Assembly: GCF_006569205.1 (NCBI RefSeq)
Contig: NZ_VIGD01000001.1
Location: forward strand, 17,065-49,064
Reading direction: 5' to 3'
DNA length: 32,000 nucleotides
DNA from: Ureibacillus terrenus
GTDB lineage: Bacteria; Bacillota; Bacilli; Bacillales_A; Planococcaceae
Below are positions 1 to 8,044 of this stretch, piece by piece. The notes below the pieces were generated by a model. It did no database searches. It worked only from the letters and a program-made list of their open reading frames with translations, and was not told the DNA's origin. Position numbers and translations under genes: made by a program. Every line of letters begins with the position of its first letter. Within the stretch, counting starts at the first letter, position 1.

Positions 1-130
1 CAATATCAACACCTTGATCGTGCAATGCTTGTATCAATATTTCAGCGCCATTTTTCGGTCTTTTTTCAACTTCTTGCATCCCTGATGGTGAGGCATCGAT
101 TTTTGCGTTTGTCGACGCATTAGCAGTCAT
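1..130 (-). CDS. ilvB: Acetolactate synthase large subunit, N-terminal 43 codons (partial, runs off the window)
   Basis: The reverse strand reads AGAAGGAGGA, a spacer, then ATG and MTANASTNAKIDASPSGMQEVEKRPKNGAEILIQALHDQGVDI. The GAExLIxxLxxxGV segment is the typical N-terminus of TPP-dependent ALS large subunits. The ORF sits directly behind a T-box leader, as ilvB does in Bacillus. Confidence 0.7.
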   Translation of the reverse strand, partial: MTANASTNAKIDASPSGMQEVEKRPKNGAEILIQALHDQGVDI

Positions 131-159
131 TTCGTATACATCCTCCTTCTAAAATCTCT

Positions 160-222
160 AAAATAAAAAAGCCTTTTTCTCCACCGCAAAAGAAGACCTT
201 TTGCGAAGGGATGAAAAAGACT
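160..222 (-). terminator. Intrinsic terminator of the ilvB T-box expression platform
   Basis: On the minus strand GTCTTTTTCATCC pairs with GGTGGAGAAAAAGGC, enclosing an inner hairpin CGCAAAAG-gtctt-CTTTTGCG. TTTTTTATTTT follows. The 5' arm overlaps the T-box core, as an antiterminator/terminator switch requires. Confidence 0.7.
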
Positions 223-480
223 TTTCATGGTACCACCCTTTTTCGTAGCAAAAAACGCTACCTCTGCGAATAGCTGTACACATTCCACCCACGGCAACAT
301 AGATGGAATAGCTATTCATTGGTAACGGTGCACACGAAAATAGTGCCCGGAGCTATCTAAAGGCTTGACGCGTTCAATAGCTCACTCCGAGGGGATGTCG
401 GATATAGTTGTATCATCGGTTTCCACCAATCCCGACTCTCTGGCAGATACAATGCTCTATATCCTTTTACCTCATCATTG
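160..480 (-). promoter_or_regulatory. T-box riboswitch leader controlling ilvB
   Basis: On the minus strand I see these T-box elements. Stem I base: AATGATGAGG (GA/K-turn-like). AG bulge plus distal loop: CCAGAGAGTCGGGATTGGTGGAAACCG. F-box-like element: CACCGTTACCAA. T-box core: AAGGGTGGTACCATG (plus 226-240). A long terminator helix and a U-run follow. Confidence 0.85.
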
Positions 481-551
481 AGTTAAGCTTTTTATTTTTG
501 ATTTTTATTATAATATTTTAAAGTTCAAAATTCATCACAATTTTATGAAAA

Positions 552-2222
552 TTATATTTTCATAATACCGCCTTTTGAAGCGTTTGTCACGAGTTTTGAA
601 TATCTTGCCAACCATCCGGTTTTAATTTTTGGTTCGAATGATTTAAGTTTTTTGCGGCGTTCTTCCAATTCTTCATCGGAAACTTTTAAAGTGATCGTCC
701 GATTTGGTAAATCGATTTCAATTATATCACCATTTTCGACTAATGCAATAGGTCCGCCCTCAGCAGCTTCAGGAGAAATATGTCCAATCGAAATTCCCCT
801 TGATGCGCCGCTGAAACGGCCATCAGTAATAAGTGCTACCTTGGCCCCAAGACCGCGTCCTACGATGGCGGATGTCGGCGCAAGCATTTCAGGCATTCCT
901 GGACCGCCTTTTGGACCTTCATAGCGGATGACCACAACATGGCCTTCCCTTACCTCGCCTGCGTCAATGGCGGCAAGACATTCATCTTGGGAATCGAATA
1001 CAATCGCTTCCCCAGTAAATGTTTTAATGGAAGGATCAACAGCACCCACTTTAATAACAGATCCTTCAGGCGCGAGATTGCCAAACAGGATGGATAATCC
1101 GCCGACAGGGCTATATGGATTGTCTTTTGTGCGGATGACATCTGTATTTGTAATTTCGTGACCTTTGACAAGTTCTCCGATCGTTTTGCCAGTCACTGTG
1201 ATACGATCAGGATGAATGCAGCCCGGAATTTTTGCCAACTCATTAATGATGGCACTCACGCCGCCCGCTTTATGGACATCATCAATCGAGATATCGGAAG
1301 CTGGCATGATTTTCGCGATATACGGCACCCGTTCTGCGACTTTATTAATATCCTCCAAATCGTAATCGATTCCCGCTTCATGGGCGATGGCCAACGTATG
1401 CAATACGGTATTCGTTGAACCTCCCATCGCCATATCCAAAGCAAAGGCATCGTCAATCGCTTCTTTTGTAATGATGTCGCGAGGACGAATATCTTCTTTG
1501 ATCATGCGAATCAAGTGTTTTGCAGCTTCACGGATCAATTCTTTTCTTTTTTCGCTGGTAGCGACGATTGTCCCGTTTCCAGGAAGCGCAATGCCCAGCA
1601 TTTCCATTAAGCAGTTCATTGAGTTAGCCGTAAACATTCCGGAACAAGATCCGCATGTAGGGCATGCATGCATTTCAATATCTTTAAATTCTTCTTCAGT
1701 TATTTGGCCTGTTTTATATGCGCCAATACCTTCGAATACTGAAGTCAGAGATAATTGTCTTCCTGTAGAACTTCTTCCGGCTTCCATCGGTCCGCCGGAA
1801 ACAAAGATGGAAGGAACGTTTGTGCGAACAGCAGCCATCAACATTCCAGGTGTAATTTTGTCACAGTTTGGAATGAAGAATACGCCATCAAACCAGTGAG
1901 CATTAATCACGGTTTCGGCGGAATCTGCGATCAATTCGCGGCTTGGCAAAGAATACCTCATCCCGATGTGACCCATGGCGATTCCGTCATCAACACCGAT
2001 CGTGTTGAATTCAAATGGAATACCGCCTGCTTCACGAATCGCTTCTTTTACCTCTTCAGCAAATTCTCGCAAATGAACGTGACCTGGAATAATATCGATA
2101 TAAGAGTTGCAGACACCGATAAAAGGTTTATCCAAGTCCGTTGGTTTTACCTTTCCCGTAGCATAAAGCAAACTACGGTGAGGAGCACGGTCAACTCCTA
2201 CTTTGATCATATCACTTCTCAT
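552..2222 (-). CDS. ilvD: Dihydroxy-acid dehydratase
   Basis: The 556-aa ORF has the full-length IlvD/Edd signature: [22 protein letters not shown], the 2Fe-2S cysteines in [16 protein letters not shown], and [10 protein letters not shown]. Confidence 0.97.
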   Translation of the reverse strand: MRSDMIKVGVDRAPHRSLLYATGKVKPTDLDKPFIGVCNSYIDIIPGHVHLREFAEEVKEAIREAGGIPFEFNTIGVDDGIAMGHIGMRYSLPSRELIADSAETVINAHWFDGVFFIPNCDKITPGMLMAAVRTNVPSIFVSGGPMEAGRSSTGRQLSLTSVFEGIGAYKTGQITEEEFKDIEMHACPTCGSCSGMFTANSMNCLMEMLGIALPGNGTIVATSEKRKELIREAAKHLIRMIKEDIRPRDIITKEAIDDAFALDMAMGGSTNTVLHTLAIAHEAGIDYDLEDINKVAERVPYIAKIMPASDISIDDVHKAGGVSAIINELAKIPGCIHPDRITVTGKTIGELVKGHEITNTDVIRTKDNPYSPVGGLSILFGNLAPEGSVIKVGAVDPSIKTFTGEAIVFDSQDECLAAIDAGEVREGHVVVIRYEGPKGGPGMPEMLAPTSAIVGRGLGAKVALITDGRFSGASRGISIGHISPEAAEGGPIALVENGDIIEIDLPNRTITLKVSDEELEERRKKLKSFEPKIKTGWLARYSKLVTNASKGGIMKI

Positions 2223-2286
2223 ACTTCAAACGCCCCTCGCAATTACTGATATTTCCGATATTTAAACTTATTTTAGGTTTATTGAA

Positions 2287-2301
2287 AATTTTCCGACAAT
2301 G
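2287..2301. promoter_or_regulatory. CodY-box-like sequence upstream of ilvD (candidate only)
   Basis: AATTTTCCGACAATG matches the recalled CodY consensus AATTTTCWGAAAATT at 12 of 15 positions. It lies 65-80 bp upstream of the ilvD start. The region is very AT-rich, so a chance match is plausible. Confidence 0.2.
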
Positions 2302-2600
2302 TTTAATAGTAAATTTTCATTTAACATTTCTTAAAAAGTGTCGGTGAAATTGTTGTCATAATAGTACAAAATTGCACATTCCGTCAACAGTATTTTAAAA
2401 ATTTTTTATAAAATTTTAAATTTTTAAATTAAGCTGAAAACGCTTTCTTTCTATATTAATCAGGTACTTTCCACGAATTTTTTATTTTTTTCTATTTTTC
2501 ATCATAATAAAAATTTTCTATCAGTATATTGGTTATTTCTGGTTATAATGGATGGATATGAAAACGATTGGGCGACCTAAATTTTTGTGTATAGAAACGA

Positions 2601-2637
2601 AAAAAAATCTAACCCTTTAAATTGGGTTAGATTTTTT
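2601..2637. terminator. Bidirectional intrinsic terminator
   Basis: The structure is AAAAAAA-ATCTAACCC-tttaaatt-GGGTTAGAT-TTTTT. The A-run and T-run flank the stem, and it starts 3 nt after the stop of the minus-strand small ORF. Confidence 0.7.
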
Positions 2638-2639
2638 GA

Positions 2640-2753
2640 TCAGCCGATCGGCACAATTGTAAAATCGATGGCCAAATTGAATAATACAATTGTGTGAATT
2701 AAAGCAAATATAATCCCTTGACGATTCAATTTTTCCACAACATTAGTATTCAT
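2640..2753 (-). CDS. Small hydrophobic protein, 37 aa (MNTNVVEKLNRQGIIFALIHTIVLFNLAIDFTIVPIG), unknown function
   Basis: An internal ATG of the 88-aa track ORF is preceded by GGGGTGGA plus a 6-nt spacer. A TTGCAA-17-TATAAT promoter lies upstream and a terminator follows immediately. The C-terminal 25 residues are predicted to form a transmembrane helix. Confidence 0.55.
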   Translation of the reverse strand: MNTNVVEKLNRQGIIFALIHTIVLFNLAIDFTIVPIG

Positions 2754-2796
2754 ATTTGATCCACCCCATCCCCGTAAATTTGTCTTCTTTGTGAAC

Positions 2797-2825
2797 ATTA
2801 TATGACATTTTTCATCATTTTGCAA
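2797..2825 (-). promoter_or_regulatory. SigA-type promoter for the 37-aa ORF
   Basis: The minus strand reads TTGCAA, a 17-nt spacer (aatgatgaaaaatgtca), then TATAAT. This leaves about 40 nt of leader before the RBS. Confidence 0.55.
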
Positions 2826-2941
2826 AATATTTTGAAAAATCTTTTTATTTTTTTTAACGAACCGTTTTATCTGCATATCTTCAACGCATTTGAAACACAC
2901 TAACACAACAACAGATGTTTATGCAAAGGAGTGGAATCATC

Positions 2942-3199
2942 ATGAATTTCATTTGGTATTTAGTCATTGGCGGAGTGATTGGATGGCTTGCGGGTGTCAT
3001 TGTGGGAAAAGATATTCCCGGAGGCATCATTGGCAATATCGTCGCAGGAATTATCGGTTCCTGGATCGGCAGCGCCCTATTGGGCAACTGGGGTTGGGAA
3101 ATCTCGAATTTTTATGTATTCCCGGCACTAATCGGAGCAGTTATTTTAGTGTTTGTCGTAAGTTTAATCATGAAAGGGTTTAGAAAAGCAACCGACTAA
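2942..3199 (+). CDS. GlsB/YeaQ/YmgE family (transglycosylase-associated) small membrane stress protein
   Basis: MNFIWYLVIGGVIGWLAGVIVGKDIPGGIIGNIVAGIIGSWIGS is the Gly-zipper repeat typical of this family. The start was chosen at the ATG behind AAAGGAGTGG; the track ORF begins at 2915. Confidence 0.85.
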   Translation: MNFIWYLVIGGVIGWLAGVIVGKDIPGGIIGNIVAGIIGSWIGSALLGNWGWEISNFYVFPALIGAVILVFVVSLIMKGFRKATD

Positions 3200-3210
3200 A
3201 ATATCCATGC

Positions 3211-3250
3211 AAAAAATGATCATCCTTAAAATGGATGATCATTTTGCATT
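3211..3250. terminator. Bidirectional intrinsic terminator between convergent genes
   Basis: The structure is AAAATGATCATCC-ttaaaat-GGATGATCATTTT, with a 13-bp stem. Confidence 0.75.
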
Positions 3251-3284
3251 TTAAATCACCTATCCGCTTTTCAATGACGCCATT

Positions 3285-3956
3285 CTATTCAAACCACGCC
3301 AGGACTTCTTTTTCCAAAAGAGGGCTGATCCGTTCATATTGTTTATAATAATATAGGACTTTATTGACGTATTCTTTGCTGTGATTATATTGAAAAACCG
3401 CTTTCTCAATGTTCCCTTCCTTCGCTCCGGATCTGGAAAGGAAATTTGCAGCACTGAAAATGGCATCTTCGAGGTCGAAGGGATCCGCCTTGCCGTCTCC
3501 GTTTGCATCTACACCATAGCCCCCATATTTTTCAATCACTTTTGGATCGGTTTTTTCGGATTCCGGAATATTCCCCTTCCCTAATCCGTTGCAGGATGGA
3601 TGATTCCAGCCGACAAATGTACATGGCATGAATTGCATGTGCCCTTCCGCCCCCACTGGTGATATCAACGTGTCCGTCGTTGAAAATTTCGTCTCCACTC
3701 TATGGTGGGCGGCAAGCAAAGTCCACGGCACATCGTACTTCTTCCCTGCCGCTATGTATATCGGAATATATTCCGCAGGTATTTTTATATCAAATCCCTC
3801 TTGAATTTTTTCGATTTCTGATATTTCTTTATGATAGAACCACGATTTCAAAAAAGCGGAATAAATCATCACTGATGCCGGAATGAGCAAAATAATCAGC
3901 AATAATTTCATTCCCGGGGTCATCATAAGTTTTTTCGTTTTTTTCTTTTTTGCCAT
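3285..3956 (-). CDS. Lytic transglycosylase (SLT domain), membrane-anchored, YjbJ/CwlQ-like
   Basis: The ORF has an N-terminal KK-rich segment plus a TM helix. The SLT motifs follow: VPWTLLAAHHRVETKF, GAEGHMQFMP and AIFSAANFL..YNHS..YV. The RBS is AGGGGGA. Confidence 0.85.
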   Translation of the reverse strand: MAKKKKTKKLMMTPGMKLLLIILLIPASVMIYSAFLKSWFYHKEISEIEKIQEGFDIKIPAEYIPIYIAAGKKYDVPWTLLAAHHRVETKFSTTDTLISPVGAEGHMQFMPCTFVGWNHPSCNGLGKGNIPESEKTDPKVIEKYGGYGVDANGDGKADPFDLEDAIFSAANFLSRSGAKEGNIEKAVFQYNHSKEYVNKVLYYYKQYERISPLLEKEVLAWFE

Positions 3957-4181
3957 AATATCCCCCTGAGCAAATACTTTAAGAAGTTTCCCAATGAATG
4001 ATTATATCGAAAAATCACCATTACTAAAATTACAAAAAAGTGTATAAAACTGGTCATTTTTTTATTAATTCTATTAAAAAAATAAGAAATATTTTATTAA
4101 TTCTTGAAACTATTGTTTTTAAATTTAAACCTATGTTAAATTGATAAATAACTGATTCAATAAAGTATTTGCGAGGAAAGA

Positions 4182-5294
4182 GTGACAGTCATGACAAAAA
4201 ATTGGATCGAAACCAAATTGGTACAATTAGGAAACCAAAGCGATAGCAGAACAGGTGCTGTAAATCCCCCGATTTATATGTCCACTGCATACAGACATAC
4301 CGGCATCGGGGAGTCTACAGGATATGATTATATTCGGACAAAAAATCCAACTCGCGAAATTCTCGAAAAAGGCATTGCCGAGCTGGAGGGCGGCGATGCA
4401 GGATTTGCCTGCAGTTCAGGAATGGCGGCGATTCAATTAGTGCTTTCCATTTTCAAACCCGGCGACGAAATTTTATTGCCGGAAGATGTTTATGGAGGCA
4501 CTTACCGTCTGCTGAAAACTTTTAATGAAATGTATCAGATCCGGCCTGTCTATTTCTCGAAGGCGGAAGAAGTGGAAGGGTTAATCAACGGACGAACAAA
4601 AGCCATTTTCCTGGAAACACCGTCAAATCCATTGATGATTGAATTTGATCTGGATTATTTCAATGACATTTGCAAAAAACACAACCTCCTATTCATTGTG
4701 GATAATACCTTCTACACCCCTTATTTCCAACGTCCGATGGAGCATGGAGCGGATATCGTCGTCCATAGCGCAACAAAATATATCGCCGGCCACAACGATA
4801 CATTGGCAGGCCTTGTCGTTGCAAAAGGGCAAGAATTATGCGAAAAATTTGCATTCAATCAAAACAGTATGGGCCTCGTTTTATCGCCTTTCGACAGCTG
4901 GCTTGTCATTCGCGGATTAAAAACTTTGCATGTGAGAATGAAACAACATGATGAAAATGCCAAAAGAATAGCCGCCTATTTAAAAGAAGAGCCGTTGGTT
5001 ACCGATGTTCTTTATACAGGAAAAGGCGGAATGCTTTCCTTTAGATTGAAGAAGCCGGAATTGGTCAACCCATTCTTAAAGAACATGAAGCTGATCACTT
5101 TTGCCGAAAGTTTGGGAGGACCCGAAAGCTTTATTACATATCCTGCTACCCAAACGCACGCAGACATCCCGTATGAAGAACGGATTGCCCGCGGCGTAGA
5201 TGATTGTCTGTTGAGATTTTCCGTAGGATTGGAAAATGCGGAAGATTTGATTGCCGATTTAAAACAGGTCTTCGAACAGTTAAGAGATTTATAA
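4182..5294 (+). CDS. Cys/Met-metabolism PLP enzyme, cystathionine gamma-synthase / O-acetylhomoserine thiolyase type (MetI-like)
   Basis: The ORF has the full-length family signature: YRHTGIGESTGYDYIRTKNPTR, the PLP-lysine motif HSATKYIAGHND, GKGGMLSFRL and AESLGG.ES.ITYPATQTH. The start could be GTG 4182 or ATG 4191. Confidence 0.85.
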   Translation: MTVMTKNWIETKLVQLGNQSDSRTGAVNPPIYMSTAYRHTGIGESTGYDYIRTKNPTREILEKGIAELEGGDAGFACSSGMAAIQLVLSIFKPGDEILLPEDVYGGTYRLLKTFNEMYQIRPVYFSKAEEVEGLINGRTKAIFLETPSNPLMIEFDLDYFNDICKKHNLLFIVDNTFYTPYFQRPMEHGADIVVHSATKYIAGHNDTLAGLVVAKGQELCEKFAFNQNSMGLVLSPFDSWLVIRGLKTLHVRMKQHDENAKRIAAYLKEEPLVTDVLYTGKGGMLSFRLKKPELVNPFLKNMKLITFAESLGGPESFITYPATQTHADIPYEERIARGVDDCLLRFSVGLENAEDLIADLKQVFEQLRDL

Positions 5295-5295
5295 T

Positions 5296-5327
5296 AAAAA
5301 ATGCTTGGGAAATCCCAAGCATTTTTT
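5296..5327. terminator. Bidirectional intrinsic terminator
   Basis: The structure is AAAAAATGCTTGGGA-aa-TCCCAAGCATTTTTT, shared by convergent genes. Confidence 0.8.
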
Positions 5328-5955
5328 ATTTATTTTTTTTCATGTTTTTAATCAACGTTTCTACATCGATCGCAATTTCATCATATGGCACGGCATTGCC
5401 GGAATTTTTTTCTTCGGAATATCCCGTATAATATTTTACGGCCACACCGTTTTCATCAACCAAATAAAATGTGGAGCTGTGAACTACTTGATCATCATTT
5501 TCAGGTTTTTTGACAAGAGCTTTAAAGGATTGCAATGCGAATTGTTCGATGAATTTTTGATCATACCCTGTAAGCAGATGCCATTTTGATTCATCAGGTA
5601 CATCAAAGTAGTCTAAATATTTTGCCAAAGCTTCCGGCGTATCTCTTTCCGGATCCACCGAGAATCCGACGATCTTGTAATCTTCCACGCCTCTTTCTTT
5701 CAATTTTTCTTGCACGATGGACATATTCAATGTCATCGGTTGACAAATCGTATTACAATTCGTAAAGATAAACATAGCAATCCAAGGTTGACCTTTTAAA
5801 TCGTCTAATGTGACTTTTTCTCCACGATGATCGATCATTTCGAAATCCTGTATTTTATACTCGATTGTCGGTTTAAAATCATAATTGCTGCAAGAAGATA
5901 AAAGAACTCCGACAATCAACAGCATGGTAAAGATGATGAAACGTCTTTTCTTCAT
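5326..5955 (-). CDS. sco: SCO1/SenC family copper chaperone lipoprotein (YpmQ/Sco-like)
   Basis: The lipobox is LLSSC. The thioredoxin-fold CxxxC motif is FTNCNTIC, followed by FSVDPERDTP and the conserved His in VVHSSTFYLVD. Confidence 0.88.
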   Translation of the reverse strand: MKKRRFIIFTMLLIVGVLLSSCSNYDFKPTIEYKIQDFEMIDHRGEKVTLDDLKGQPWIAMFIFTNCNTICQPMTLNMSIVQEKLKERGVEDYKIVGFSVDPERDTPEALAKYLDYFDVPDESKWHLLTGYDQKFIEQFALQSFKALVKKPENDDQVVHSSTFYLVDENGVAVKYYTGYSEEKNSGNAVPYDEIAIDVETLIKNMKKNK

Positions 5956-6075
5956 TCTGCCTCAACTCCCTTGGAATACTATGTTTATCATAAATGAAAG
6001 TAGTATTGAAGTAAAACCTTTTACTCATGAAAGGTTCGTTACAAAAATGTGAAAAATTTTTCACTTTTTCCATCG

Positions 6076-6222
6076 TTAAAATATTTTTTCCCTGCCCGCA
6101 TTTTTCAGAGACACGAGCGCTGAATATATGGCTTCAAGCTTCGTTTCGATCCGGTGCAATAAATAAAAAGAAATTATGACCGGAAAACCAATCTCCTGAA
6201 TAAGGGTGATCCATTGTTCCAT
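6076..6222 (-). CDS. YvrJ family small membrane protein (48 aa)
   Basis: MEQWITLIQEIGFPVIISFYLLHRIETKLEAIYSALVSLKN resembles YvrJ-family proteins. The start is taken at the ATG behind AAAGGAGTGG; the track ORF extends to 6300 without an RBS. Confidence 0.7.
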   Translation of the reverse strand: MEQWITLIQEIGFPVIISFYLLHRIETKLEAIYSALVSLKNAGREKIF

Positions 6223-6303
6223 TATGACCGCCACTCCTTTGGCATTCCATGAAGAATCAGAAAATCGGCAAAATCCGATGAGGGATTTTGCCGAACGCAA
6301 ACC

Positions 6304-6516
6304 TTAAATTACATTCGTAATGGTTTTATCGATTAAACGCGCTTGTTTAATGGCTACGAGAGCTGAACCATCTACATGGAATACATCTTGATTTATAATG
6401 TTTTGCATTGCATTTAAAATTTCTGTTGGCGTTAAACCGGGTTTTGGATCGTTCAATGAAAGGGTAAATATCTTGCCGTTCGCAGCTTCAAATTTCATTT
6501 CCAGCACTTGAGACAT
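6304..6516 (-). CDS. DUF2922 family protein (70 aa)
   Basis: The size and the sequence pattern (FTLSLNDPKPGLT..EI..AMQ.I) match the small DUF2922 family that accompanies DUF1659 and YvrJ in Firmicutes. This assignment is from memory only. Confidence 0.65.
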   Translation of the reverse strand: MSQVLEMKFEAANGKIFTLSLNDPKPGLTPTEILNAMQNIINQDVFHVDGSALVAIKQARLIDKTITNVI

Positions 6517-6537
6517 CTCCTATTCCCTCCCGAATGA

Positions 6538-6756
6538 TTACAGTTCGATTTTTTCAGTTCGAGAAATGGAAGCCTGTACTAAAGGATGTTTGGAAAGCTG
6601 AATGAAAGCTTGTACAACTCCTGCCAACCGGTCGGCCGTAACGTTGGAGCGTACATTCTTATAAGTTTTGGATGTGAAAATGGAGTCCCCGAATTCATCA
6701 ATCCCTGTTTCAAAAACCACCTTTAATGCTCCTTGTTCAAACGTTAAGTTCGCCAT
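6538..6756 (-). CDS. DUF1659 family protein (72 aa)
   Basis: The pattern L.VVFETGIDEFG....TSKTYKNV......D.L resembles DUF1659. It is the first gene of a tightly spaced three-gene set with gaps of 21 and 3 nt. Confidence 0.65.
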   Translation of the reverse strand: MANLTFEQGALKVVFETGIDEFGDSIFTSKTYKNVRSNVTADRLAGVVQAFIQLSKHPLVQASISRTEKIEL

Positions 6757-6874
6757 TCTCTCACCCCCTTTTCACTAACTTAAATATCAATTTCTTAAAA
6801 AAATGGGGACAACCTTAATGAAAAATTTTTCTGCCTTGATATAATGGGTTAGAGAAGTGAAAGAGGTGAACAAG

Positions 6875-7312
6875 TTGGAAGACTGGATTATGTGGCTGAT
6901 TGTTGCCTGGAGCTTTATCATGGTGATTTTGATGGGCATCGGCGGATTTTTCATGTTCCGGAAGTTTTTAAAATCATTGCCAAAAAAAGATGGGAAATCG
7001 GATTTGGATTGGCAAGATTACTATATTAATAAGACTTTGCATTTGTGGAATGATGAGGCAAAACAGCTCTTGAATGAACTTGTGAGCCCGGTACCGGAAC
7101 TTTTCAGACAGCAGGCGAAAGAATCCATAGCCGGAAAAATCGGGGAACTCGCCTTAAAAGAAAGGGCGAAAACAATCAACCAGGAATTGATCATCAGAGG
7201 ATACATTATCGCAACACCTAAAAGGGACCACAAATTTCTGCGGAAAAAATTAGCCGAAATGAACATCGATGTAACTCCATATGAAAAATATTTCGCCGAA
7301 AGCAAAAAATAA
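6875..7312 (+). CDS. DUF2621 family membrane-anchored protein (YneK-like)
   Basis: It has an N-terminal TM helix (WLIVAWSFIMVILMGIGGFFMF) followed by a helical domain. It is convergent with ccdC, as yneK is in B. subtilis. The start is taken at the TTG 7 nt after AGAGGTG; the track ORF starts at GTG 6857. Confidence 0.6.
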   Translation: MEDWIMWLIVAWSFIMVILMGIGGFFMFRKFLKSLPKKDGKSDLDWQDYYINKTLHLWNDEAKQLLNELVSPVPELFRQQAKESIAGKIGELALKERAKTINQELIIRGYIIATPKRDHKFLRKKLAEMNIDVTPYEKYFAESKK

Positions 7313-7351
7313 AAATGATCATCCAATCGCTTGATTGGATGATCATTTTTT
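7311..7351. terminator. Bidirectional intrinsic terminator
   Basis: The structure is AAAAATGATCATCCAATC-gctt-GATTGGATGATCATTTTT, with an 18-bp stem. Confidence 0.8.
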
Positions 7352-7374
7352 ATTGCCTTCATCCTCATTGCCTT

Positions 7375-7875
7375 TCATAAGGCTTTATCAAATAAATGGG
7401 ATTTTTCGATCTTTTTATATTGAATCAACATGGCAATCCGCCATGGCCAAAGCATTGCAAAAGCCAATATCCAGAACATGCCGGCCAATTCCCCCGGATC
7501 AAAGGAATCGGTGAGAACGACTTTACCGATCGTCCTGATTACCAACAAACTGATCAAGATAATAAAAAACGCTTTTGACCGCTTCATATAAATTTCGTTG
7601 TCGCGGATTTCAAACTTGGAAGTGGCGATTAATACAAAAGAAAAAATAACGCCGACCACGACAGCTTCCAAAATTTGAAGCGGAGATACCCGAAACTCTT
7701 CAAATATAAACATCAATGCCCCCGTAGACATGGCAATGGGAGGAATAAGTATTTTCCTGGCATTGACCGGTTTCTTTTGGGAACGCAATCTCATCATCAT
7801 GATGAAAGTCCCCATCAATATGGCCATTAAAGTACTCGCAATGATGACATAGCGAGAAGGTATAACTCCAAACAT
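7375..7875 (-). CDS. ccdC: Cytochrome c biogenesis protein CcdC (DUF1453 membrane protein)
   Basis: This 166-aa polytopic membrane protein lies immediately downstream of ccdA, which is the YneJ/CcdC position. The RBS is GAGGAGGGGG before MFGVIPSRY. Confidence 0.75.
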   Translation of the reverse strand: MFGVIPSRYVIIASTLMAILMGTFIMMMRLRSQKKPVNARKILIPPIAMSTGALMFIFEEFRVSPLQILEAVVVGVIFSFVLIATSKFEIRDNEIYMKRSKAFFIILISLLVIRTIGKVVLTDSFDPGELAGMFWILAFAMLWPWRIAMLIQYKKIEKSHLFDKAL

Positions 7876-7913
7876 AAACCCCCTCCTCGAAGGAAAAAAC
7901 AATTTCGCGGCTT

Positions 7914-7941
7914 AAAAAAACTGCCTTGATTACAGGCAGTG
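7914..7941 (-). terminator. Intrinsic terminator between ccdA and ccdC
   Basis: The minus strand reads CACTGCCT-gtaatca-AGGCAGT followed by TTTTTTT. Confidence 0.55.
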
Positions 7942-8044
7942 CTTTTTAATAATATACCACAACGGGCTCTTCATATGTATCTATAAACCTTATGGAACAA
8001 TCCTTTTCAACAGATGGCCGTTTCAACGGCCGTTCCCGGGACCA

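Noticed and set aside
652-2249. Several 77-170-aa plus-strand ORFs (652-924, 928-1161, 1158-1418, 1387-1899, 1755-2249) and minus-strand out-of-frame ORFs inside ilvD
   Set aside because: They lie entirely within the highly conserved ilvD reading frame. They have no RBS and their composition is low-complexity or biased. These are typical shadow ORFs.
2544-2637. Putative ~90-nt plus-strand small RNA convergent with the 37-aa ORF
   Set aside because: Only a -10 hexamer is present, with no credible -35 or extended -10 element. The overlap with the opposite gene would be limited to the shared terminator.
2640-2906. The 88-aa version of the minus-strand ORF starting at 2906
   Set aside because: The upstream 51 codons cover the promoter (TTGCAA-17-TATAAT) and lack an RBS. 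Only the internal ATG at 2753 has a Shine-Dalgarno sequence.
5305-6073. ORFs 5305-5589 (+) and 5879-6073 (-) overlapping or abutting the sco gene
   Set aside because: These are antisense or out-of-frame shadows of a well-supported lipoprotein gene, with no RBS.
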